Position numbers and translations under genes: made by a program. A model generated the notes under the pieces. The model saw nothing but the letters and a program-made list of their open reading frames with translations, ran no database searches and was not told the DNA's origin. DNA of 63,844 nucleotides, the filler included, from Cercozoa sp. M6MM (lineage: Eukaryota > Protista > Endomyxa: Ascetosporea): assembly GCA_040357565.1 (NCBI GenBank). It is 11 parts of 11 records of this genome, joined end to end, with 100 filler letters (N's around TTAATTAATTAA, not from the genome) between each part and the next. Parts side by side here need not be neighbours in the genome. Positions count along the whole stretch, not along the records: positions 47,435 to 63,844 come from JBDODJ010000286.1; 10 more parts are not named here. One strand, written 5' to 3'. Below, in pieces: positions 53,447-63,844 of this stretch (the stretch's first letter is position 1; each line of letters opens with the position of its first letter).

Positions 53447-55867
53447 CTAGCTCGCTGGCGGTACGACAGCTTGAGCGTGGAGGCTTGCGGTGTGTCGCAA
53501 CTTCAAAACAGTTGGTCCTGAAAGATCGAGGCCCATTGACTCTCGCAGCGACTTTTGTATGACGTTCTATAGCACACATTGATGTGCTTCTTCTAAAAAA
53601 TTGAGATTTCCAGTTATGTTCAACTTTACTTGTTTCACGCTTTGGAACACCGACATGCAATTTTCACGGTCAAGAGCTTCGATAGTACAGCTAGATGTAA
53701 ATTGTGCAGTTTTTTTGAGGAAGCTAAATACGGTACCCGTAGTGACGTGAACTAGCACTTTCTGAGGGCAGACAGGGTCGTGTTATTGGAGGAGAATCAA
53801 AGAACAGGACTTAACTTGTAACAACGTACCTTGGATATATCTTGTACTTTGTCGAGGAACATGTTCGCAATGTGCTGTGCATCACAAGTCCAAATATATA
53901 TATATTAGCAGTGAGATACATAACCAGTCAATACTGTAGATAATGACCTCAATGATTGATACGATGTCGTTTTCCTCTGAGTCCAGAGAAGGAATTGTCG
54001 ATTCAAACCGTCAACAAACTGAAAAAGGAGTACAAATGGGTACCGCCTTCGTATTCTGGGTTGGAAATCTTGAATGGGTAGTTGCCGCTGAGTATCTTTT
54101 CTTTGAAGACGTCATGCTTGTTCAAAAACAATACGACTGAGGAGGATTCAAAGAACCGCGAATTGATTATTTCGTCAAAAAGCTGTTGCGTTTCCACATC
54201 AAGATACCGTTTAGAATTGATTTCAAGAGAATTATTGTTTAAATCGGATGACAATGGTCGCCATGCAAACAAAAAGATGAAACCTACATTCACTGCTTCG
54301 ACAAGCCTATTTGTTGTCAGATTTTCTGCATTTACGGGTATCCAGGTCAAACCCAGGTGAGAAGAAATCTTCACAATCGAATACTGTACATGTAGAAATA
54401 CCAAACAACACCTCATCGTATGCTGCCTGTAAATTACCACGAAGTTACACAATAATCTCCCAGAGAACGAGGGAGAAAAGTACATTGAAACAACTTACCA
54501 GCGAGGCAACGAACAAAACACTTGAAACACCTTCGAAGCAGTGAATCCACTGAGGGAAATTTATCCGCCTCGCACCGAGTAATGCTGACTCACATTTACA
54601 AACTACTGTACCTTTCTTCTTTCGCTTCGTTGTCCACCAACGTCAATTAAATGCATCAAAACCCCTAGTATACAGTAAGTCAATTAAATGCATCAAAACC
54701 CCAAGTACTAAGAAGCGTGCACCATGCAAGTCAAAAATGCGCTCGCTAAGTCCTGTGGTTCGACTTCGCACTCTTAAATAGTCTTCGAAATCAGGGACAA
54801 AAGATTTGCTGGTCACTTCGTCAATCTAATTGAGCAAATCAGCAGGGTTAATTTAATTTAGTAAAACACCTAGTATTAAAACTAACCTTCTCCAAAAAGT
54901 ACTCAGCGCACTGCGGAAGCTGCCTGTACATCATTTGCAGCGTTAAACGTCTGTTTGTTCATCTTCTTGCATAACTCAGAAAAACACTTACAAAAGGAAT
55001 CGCTTGTGTGCAACCAACCATTTCCTATAAGATAAACCACTGTCGAAGAATACGTATGGTACGGTAAGATGGGTGTATGAGATAATACGTGCCTTCGTCT
55101 TCCCAAAGTATCTTGCTGCGCGTATCAAGTACCGGAGGAAAGTCCCTCGGAAAAGTCGCTTGAAACAATAGTGCATCAAGACAATTTATTATACATGTTT
55201 TTGGTTTCGTCTTCCGATAGAAGAGCGGGTGCGTTGTGGCAGTCATTGTCAATATTTTGCATGACCCAATGTCGCGCATCGTTTGCGGACTGTGACCTCC
55301 TGCTAGAACGAAGAATGACAATACCATTAGAAACAGTGAACGGCATCCTTCAAGAATGGTTTTTGCAGCCTCTTCACTTCCTTTGGCGAACGCAACGCCA
55401 CATTCGCGAAGATCTGATACATGGATCATACTGCAACTAGATGGAGGCCGAGAAGCACGAGCAAAGATTAACTCACTCATATGAATCAGCGGAAGACAAT
55501 GGATGACCTCATTCTCAAGCTCAAGCGACGCATTTCGTGCAGTTCCATAGGAGCGAAACTGAAACACACTATTAAATCTCTGTCCTTCAACACTTGCGTT
55601 GCAACAAAACACCATTTTGCACAGTTGCTTGAAAAATGTCGTTTTCCCCGCCTCACCAGCGCCTACATTCAGTTAACAAAAGACAATCGTATTTAGGGGT
55701 CGTACTGAGTATCTTACCCAAAAGCAGAACTTTAACACTTTCTCCTCTCTGACATTCATCTTTTTTCTTTCTTGTTGGCCACACTTTGGCTGCTGAAACA
55801 ACGCCACAATTAGCGTGAAACATCGGTACCAAAAAGGCGGCATACCCCAGCTTCCACAGCAACCCAT
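53447..55867 (-). CDS. Heterotrimeric G protein alpha subunit
   Basis: MGCCGS acylation motif; KVLLLG|AGEAGKTT; RVRSRTTG; DVGGQRSERRK|WIHCFE; LFLNKHD; HVTT|ALDREN. Confidence 0.95.
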
Positions 55868-56170
55868 TGATATCACTGCACAGGTTGCACCAAGAATGCA
55901 CAGCAGCTCTCCTAGTCGCAGTTAGTCTGATCCCCCAGTGTCATCCGCGCGGAAACAAAAAGCTCGACCAGTTTATTTTAAATAAAAATCTAAATGTGCT
56001 GTGCGAAAGATTCGACCAGAGGCATTCCCAAGCAGTTTAGTGGCCTGGATTTTCTGTGAGCACGTTGCAGGTTTCCGTTGGCGTTCTAACCTTCGCGGGC
56101 GGTTAGTGAAACTTCACCAATTTGGTGTTTTTTGTACTTGCTTTTTGAGACCTCCTGTTCCCGTAGCCAA

Positions 56171-56917
56171 ATGCTGTTGCTGTCGTCGCTTGCGCGGCGA
56201 CTGTGGACCAGCGTTCGGGGTGAGCGAGACCAGCGCGCGGTATCGCCACAGGTTCGCGACGAGTCAGTGGAGCCCAGGAGGACGCCACAGCAAGCCGCGC
56301 AGAAGCTACCGCGACGTCTGGGTGCCAAAGCTTTACGTGCCAGAAGGTACAAGCAGCAGACACAAAAACTTTAATGAGGTTTAAACGCGTTTCTTCAGGA
56401 GAGCATGGCGCTTGGACCCGCACGAGCTTGCGCTGGTGGCATGGTTCAACGCAGTGCTGACGCAGTGCGCCGACCAAGGCGTGCCCGTGGACGAAGCGCC
56501 GAGCGAGGAAACGCTGCTGGAGAGGACATCGAGGACGACCGACGAAACGAAAGACGACCAGTCGGCGCTGCGGTGGCGTCTTTCGCCTTTCGGCGACGTG
56601 GCGCGCGCGCAACTCGAAAGCGGCGAACGCGCTGTCGTGCTGCTTCGTGCTTTGGTACCCTGCTTGCTGCCTTCCGTTTTGTGTGTGTGTGTGTGTCTGT
56701 GTGTGTGTCTGGGTGTGTGTGGGTGTGTGTGTGTGGGTGTGTGTGGGTGGGTGTGGGTGGGTGTGTGTGTTGTTCCTTGTGACAGCCCGAACCCTCTGCT
56801 TGTCAGGTCTCGCGAGCAGTGCTGCTGAGGGACGCCAGAAGCGAGCAGTTTCTCAGTGCGTACGACGAGCTCACCGGCGACTCCTGGGACTGTGCTTTGC
56901 ACTGTGCACGGTACCGA

Positions 56918-56976
<59 letters not shown>

Positions 56977-59900
56977 ACTGACCAAGAACCCTTGTGGTAC
57001 ACAGGGGTTTGGGCGTGTGCATCCCTGCTGCGGTGGACTACTCGGTGCCTCGTATGCCAGGTCGACAGGTAGATTGACACGTCCCTGTGTATACACATAC
57101 ATAGTGGGTGTGAATGTGTGTCTACACACAGGCACAAAAGATGGCGCAACGTCGCTTGCTGTCCAAGCAGCTGGAGTTCCTGTGGGCGTGCGCACTCGTG
57201 TTTGACTGCGGCGTGCCGCTCGAAATCGACTGCGCTACGTCGGCTGACGAGGTGCGTTGTCCCACTCCCTGACTTCACTCCCTGACATATGTTTGGGATG
57301 GATGCTACCCGTGGGTATACACGCGAAACTGTGCAGGTGGCCAGACGGCAGCAACAGCTGTGCAGTGTGGCCGAGGCGCGTGTGCTACGAGCCTTGTCGT
57401 CGCTGGCGGTGCAGACGCGTCGCTCGCGGCACTCGCAGCGTCTCGTGCTGAGCGACGTGCTGCAGAACCTGAGTGACGGTCGACTCATGTGCCAACTCGC
57501 ACTCGGAGCACTCAAGCGCTTCGTGGTGCCGCGCGTGCCCGCCAGGAATCGTGCCAGCAGCGACGACGACGACGACGACAACGACGACGACGACGACGAG
57601 CACGACGACGACGAGCACGACGACGAGGACTTTGACGACCCCGATGCTGAGCTGCTGCGAGAGTGCCTGCGTCCGCACGTGTCTCGTACCCTCTCTTTCA
57701 CTAACTGAAATGATTGGACTGATCGGACTGACTGATTGGACTGATTGGACTGCCTTATTGAACTGACTGGTGACTGGACTGCGCAGCGAGACAACGATTG
57801 GACACGGCGATCCGCGTGCTGCAGGAGCGCTTCCACGTGCCATACCTCGTGCTACCTTGGGTCTGGACTCACGTTGATGAACACCCCGACCCGCAGCGTG
57901 AGAGGGTACCTATGTATACATCCATATATACATATATATTATGTGTGTGGATGTATATATATATAATAATTTTTGTTTCTATTATGTATATGTATATGTA
58001 TAATCATATGTGTGTATGTATCTTTACACCGGTGTCCGCAGAGTCGTAGGCACGCAGCGGTGCTGCAGTTGGCACAGCTGCCTCTGGCCTGGATGGCGCG
58101 GCGTCTGCTGCCGCGACGGCAGGAGGCACTGCGACGCCGCCTGCATGCGCTGCAGTCCGTGTGCACTCCTCTGCTGCCGGTAGCTGCATTCATTTACTTG
58201 TGTTCATATCTATAGTCTTATTACATGGACTATAAACAAACATATATCTACATATATAATATTTGTGTGTATGGTACAGCAAGACACGGAGGAGGTGCAA
58301 GCGTGGATACACGAGCGACTGGCAGCCGTGGGAGTCCAGTTGGACGAGGGCGCATTGCTGGAGACCTACCGACGCGACGGCGGCGCCTTGCTCGTCGCTC
58401 TTCTCTTGTCGACGCTGGTACAGCTGTTTACCCCCTCCAATACCCCTCTACCCTCTAAGCCCGCACTACTTACCTCCCCACAGATGCATCAGGACCTACC
58501 ATCGCCACTGGAGGCGGATTCGCTGCGATCACTGTTGCCGTCATCAGAGCAGTCCACCAAGAGGTAGGACTCTGTGTGTGTGTCCCACTTAATTAAAGCT
58601 AGACTGTCTATTTGTACGGTACAGATGGTCGCCGCCGGTCGAAGTGGACGGCGAAATTGAGGAGGCGTGGCAGGCACATAGGCTGCTGGTGTCCGAGTCC
58701 GACTCAACCGAGTCGAGCAGTCTGCCGTTTACTAGTACAGGTATTGATACTACAGATATTGGTAACCTACAGGTACAGGTACAGATGGACAGGTACAGAT
58801 GTACAGGTGCAAATGGACACAGACACACACACACTGTATGTGGACAGGTACGAGTGTCGAGAGTGCGTCGCGGCAGTCGGTGCTGCTGCTGGCGTTTGCG
58901 CGGCGACTGCGCCGACTGGAGCACTCGCTCGGACCGGCGCGACAGAGCAGCAGTCTCTCCGGCTTTGACGACGAGGAGGACGACGCCACCACTGTCAGGG
59001 TAGCTACACCTGTGTCCATATGTACTGTACCATATGTACTGTACCGTATGTACGTGTACCATATGTACTGTACCATATGTACTGTACATATGTACGTGTA
59101 CCATATCTACAGCGTACCATATGTACTGTACCATATGTACCGTACAGTGCACATATGTGAACTGAGTAGGCACGTGCCTGTCGAGACCGTCTGCTGCGTC
59201 ACTTTGATCTGCGACGCGTGCTGCGTCGTCTGTCCTCGCACCGATCGGCCTATACTGTAGTCTTACCCCCCTACTCTGTTTAGCCCCTGCCCCACCTATT
59301 CTTCCCTCTGTTACCCACCTATTTACCCCTTTGTTACCCACCTATTTACCCCTTTGTTCCCCTCGTATACCCTCTGCAGGACGTAACGGCGCAGGAGGCG
59401 AGTGTGCAGGCCGCGGCGGCACTGTCGGGCACCGTGTCGCCCTTCCGCATGGTCGACGATTTTGCCGAAGTGCGCCAGTTGGCCGAGTTGGTAGTTCTTT
59501 ACCCCCTACCTCTTACCCTACCCTTACCCTACCCCTTACCCTACCCCTTTACCCCCCTACCCCCCTACTCCCAGGCGACAAAGGAGAACACGGCAGGCCA
59601 GGCGGTGCGCGTGTCGGTGCCATTGTCGGGCGACACGGTGGCCGCCTTCGTCGTGGGTCCTCTGGTCGGCGAACGCGCGCATGATGAGGTAACATCCGCG
59701 CGGACACGGGCGCACTTGTTCCTTTGACCAGTGTTCTGACCGGTGTGTACGACCAGTGTTTCTGACAGGAACAGTCGCCGCGACGTCTGCGTGTCTGGCT
59801 CACACAGGAAGCCGATGAGTTCCTGGCTCGGTACAGAATGGACTGTACTCTGTACCAATGTGCGTCGATGTGTACGGTATATGTGTACGGTTCATTTGGA

Positions 59901-62693
59901 CAGTGTCCACTTTGTCCCGCAGTCCTGTGGACTGTACACGATTCAGTTCTTTGACGACGGTCGCGAGGTCGCGCACTCGCCCGCGCTGGCGCTGCTGCTG
60001 CCGTATCGTTCGTGTTTACTCCTTGTTATTTTACCCCCTGTTTACCCATACCCTTACCCCATACCCCCTTACCCCATTCCCCATGTTTACCCTTGTTTAC
60101 TCCCCTGTTTACTTTTGTTTACTCCAGTTTATCCCCCTAGTTACCCTTCTGTTTATCCCCCTGTTTACTCCCTACTTACTCTCTGTTTGCCTTCTGTTTA
60201 CCCCCTACCTAATCCTTGGTAGAAACGAAGCACACCAGTTGGGCCGCGAGCGCAGTTTGTACGACTGGTTTCCCTTTTTGCAGGATGGTATTTCCTCCCC
60301 TTTACCCCCTTGCTTACCCCCTGTTTACTCCCCTGTTACTTCCCTGTTTACTCCCCTGTTACTTCCCTGTTTACTCCCCTGTTTACTCCCCTGTTTTCTT
60401 CCCTGTCTACTCCCCTGTTAACCCCCTTTGCACCCCCCCAGAGGAGAACCGAGAGCAGGCGGGTCTGGTGGAGGCGATGTCGCACGAGGTGCCGTCGCTG
60501 TCGCTGCGAACGGCCGTCGCTTGTGCCGCTTTCGACGCTGCGCAGACTCTGCGAGCGGTTTTACCCCCCTGTTTACCCCCCCCCCCCCTATTTACCCCCT
60601 CTGTTTACCCTCTATTTACCCCCTCTGTTTACTCCCTATATACCCTATTAATCCCCTGCTTACCTTTCTATTTATCATCCTATTTATCGCGTATTTACTC
60701 CGTATTTACCCCGTATTTACCCCTATTATTCCCTATTGACCATATTTACCCCCCTGTTTGCCCCCCTGTTTACCCCCTGCTTACCTCCTCCCCCTGCCCC
60801 GGCAGAGAGCGCAGGCGGCGAGCAACAAGGGCGACATGCTGCGCGCCGAGTTGCAGCAACACGAGCAGCGACAGCAGCGACAGTTGCGGCAACTGCAGCT
60901 GCAGGAACAACAACAAGCAAAACAACAAGCTGAACAACAAGCTGAACAACAACAAGAAACACAACAAGACAAACAACAAGACAAACAACAAGACAAACAA
61001 CCACTGCAACAGCAAGGTGGACACCTTCTGCATCCGTTGCATCCGTTGCAGCGCGTGCCATCTTCGGTACACTCTTACCCCCTCCTTGTTTGCCTTCCAT
61101 TTAACCCTCTGTTGACCCCCGCTATACCCTCCATTTGACCCTCCTCCTTTACGTCTTCACCCCCCAGGGCCGGCCGCTGCAAGCGATGCGGCGGCAGCGA
61201 CGCGAGTTTGCGCATTTTTTGGCGGCGATGCGCGTCGGCGTCGCCGTGCACTGCGCCGTGTGTCCGCTGCGGTAGGGACGTTTTTTACCCCCCCCCCCCC
61301 CGCTTACTCCCCCGTTCACCCCCCTGTTTACTCCCCTGTTTACCCTCCTACTTACTCCCTGTTTACCCCCTACTTACTCCCTGTTTACTCCCTACTTACT
61401 CCCGGTTTACTACCCTGCTTACCGCCCTGTTTACTCTCTACTTACTCCCTGTTTATTGCCCTGCTTACCCCTGTTTACTACCCTGCTTACCCCCTGTTTA
61501 CTACCCTGCTTACCNNNNNNNNNNCCCCTGTTTACTACCCTGCTTACCCCCTGTTTACTACCCTGCTTACCGCCCTGTTAACCCTCTTGTTTAACCTGTT
61601 AACAGTACATCGTCGAGCGAGGACGACGCGTTGGCCGACGAGACCGAAGTGTTGCCGCCGTCGGTGCGGCAGTTCGCGCAGCCTTTCGGAAAACCGATTC
61701 GACCGCGCAAGCAGCGACTGCACCATCATCGGCAGCAGCGCATCGAGCGACTGGTTTACCCTCCTGTTTATTCCCCCTGTTTACCTCCCTGTTTACCCCC
61801 TCTTGACCCCCTATTTACCCCCAGTTTACCCCACCCCTACCCCCCCTATTTACCCCCTATTTATTCCCCATGTTACCCCGCCCTGTTTACTATAGAACAA
61901 GAGAAATCTCGTGGAGCGACTGCGAAGTGCGCGTGCTGCTATGGTATCTTTACCCTCCCCTCCCCTTTACCCCTTCACCCCCCGTCTTCGCTTTCTTGCC
62001 TCCTTACCCCACCCCCTAGAGCAAGCAGCGCGAGGTTCCGCCGCTGGAGTTCGTGGCGTGCACGCTGCGCATCGAGCACGTGGGCCGACGCAGCGCCGTG
62101 GTGCGCTGGCGTGCCCTCGAGGATACCGAGGATACCGAGGAGGAAGGCGGCGGCGTCGACGTCGATGAGGACGAGGACGAGGACACCGAGGATGCCGAGG
62201 ACACTCCCAACGATAGCGACCTGGACATCTCCGTGTCTGTCAGTGGTGGTACTACCGACAAGGAGGCTCCGCGCGGACATCATGACCGCCTACCTGCTCT
62301 CAGTGACCGGTATTTAATGTGTATTTTTAAATATCTTAATATCTTAATGTTTATCTTTAATATCATTTTAATATTCTAACATAATAAAATGTGAAGCAAG
62401 ATAAGCCCCTTCCCCTCCTTCCTAGGACCACATCGAGCGACTACTTTGGCGAGGTGGCCGCACGTCGCGGCGGCTTCTTCTTCCTGAACCACATCACCGA
62501 GGTGGTGCGTGGCGCCGCCGACTACGCCGACGTCAGCAGCGACGAGGAGCGCCGCCTGCTGCGCCAGCAGGAGCACAGTTCCTTCTGCGTCGTCAGTGGC
62601 GCCGATGTCTTGCTCGTTGTCAAGTGCCGCGGTCCCGCGCAGTGCCGCCAACTGCAGGACGGCTTCGTGCAGCTCTTTGACATGATGATCTGA
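56171..62693 (+). CDS. Multi-exon protein with calponin-homology-like segments, coiled coil and C-terminal PLC-type PH-like domain
   Basis: HELALVAWFNAVL; VLQNLSDGRLMCQL; AIRVLQERFHVPYLV; Q-rich coil; last exon FFLNHITEVVRG...SSFCVVSG..LLVVKC..PAQCRQLQDGFVQL. Could be two genes. Confidence 0.6.
56921..56975. repeat. (CT)n microsatellite, intronic
   Basis: Direct inspection. Confidence 0.95.
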
Positions 62694-62853
62694 CTGACTC
62701 GACTGCCTCTCCTTGAGCATCTTGTCGCATTCGATTGAATCGTAGTTTCAACCTTGACTCTAAAAACTGCAAAGTGCGTCGTAGGCGGTTAGACACGTGC
62801 ATGCAGTTCCCGAACTGCACAGTGGACGAACGCCGCTCGTCTTCAATACTGGA

Positions 62854-63790
62854 CTAGTGCATCTCCGTCTGTCCCGCCTCCGGCTCCGAATCGCTGGACT
62901 CTTGCCGAGCTTGTTGGCTGCGTTCTTGCTCGAGCTTCCGGTAGTACCAGCGAGCAAACAGAGCCGCCGACATGGCACACAAAAGTGCGATGCCGAACCC
63001 GATGGCAAGCATCATCCACATCTTCTGGCTGAACTGCTCACACCACAAAGGCAGATACAGGTTAGTGCTTTTAAAGCGTAAGGCGGCGATACCTTCTTTT
63101 CTGGATCATGTGGATCCTGGATGTCGAACACCGTGAACACCTACTCACGTGAAATACTCCAAAGCGTTGATACAGTGCAGTGCTATTTTATAAACATTAA
63201 AATACATCAACTTATTATCTATATATATATATAAGTTGTATATATATCGAGTATAAGGTATAACGGACGCTAGAGGTGAGCAGGCCCAAGATAGAGGTCA
63301 GCGCCATGCTCAGATGGAAGGTTGAGTTGCTCAGCGACTGCGTACTGGGACTGAAATCGTCGTAGGCAGCAGTGATAATCTGCCAGTGCCAAATGGAAAA
63401 AGTGAAACAATAATGCCCAAAAATATAAGGGATAGAGAGAGCGAAAAATGTGCACCTCTGGCGAGTAGAACGCTTCTCCGAGCGAGAACACGACGACACC
63501 AATGAATAGCATCCACACCGTCGGGCGCTGTCGATTGCAAGAAAACAGCAATGCACATCACGAAACATGTGCCGCTGAGGAGAAGCTGGGGTACATCTTG
63601 CGGAAGAACCGACATGTCCAGATACTTGTCTTCGCTGTACAATAGAGTTCGACGTGTAAAGCGAAGCACGTCTCCCATAATTCAAGGCAAAACTGTACAT
63701 TGTCTTGGCCATTGGCACGCCAACGATGGCACTAACCGCGACGATAAGCAAACCGACACTCTGTAACATACACCAGATTCGCGGTGACTA
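62854..63790 (-). CDS. MFS/POT-like transporter, 3' part
   Basis: Hydrophobic exons VGLLIVAVSAIVGVP, WMLFIGVVVFSLGEAFYSPE, STFHLSMALTSILGLL and MWMMLAIGFGIALLCAMSAALF; ends GQTEMH*. Confidence 0.7.
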
Positions 63791-63793
63791 TGA

Positions 63794-63844
<51 letters not shown>

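Overview
Eukaryotic, intron-dense genomic DNA, probably from a protist (lineage not determinable here). It is not one continuous locus: 11 contigs are joined by ten artificial 100-bp linkers (44 N + TTAATTAATTAA + 44 N), so neighbourhoods across linkers mean nothing. Manual splicing used GT..AG introns and the standard code. It gives a REJ/GAIN-GPS-7TM adhesion-receptor-like gene, a proteinase K-type subtilisin, CARMIL, FUN14, a four-finger C2HC protein, a C2-domain protein, LSM3, SAR1, a DENN fragment and an ABCG/PDR transporter with a degenerate NBD. It also gives a SNF2 ATPase fragment (duplicated by assembly), gamma-COP, a DUF2462 protein, INCENP, MTR4, METTL2/6, a Mip-type FKBP ending in KEEL, a G-alpha, a CH-PH protein, an MFS transporter and several unknowns. 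Most notable: (1) introns packed with (T/C)TTACCC(C) repeats that are C-rich on the sense strand in all ten genes carrying them, so the antisense/template strand is an array of GGTAA(G) 5'-splice-site-like, G4-forming motifs; (2) a second intron motif family (GTCCATTTGTAC); (3) a nested mobile-element cluster at 45.4-46.3 kb (MITE-like element, plus a 15-bp-TSD retroposon interrupted by a solo LTR) whose empty-site relative is at 25.9 kb; (4) an intact GPS autoproteolysis motif with an intron exactly at the scissile bond. Exon boundaries are hand-inferred and need RNA confirmation.
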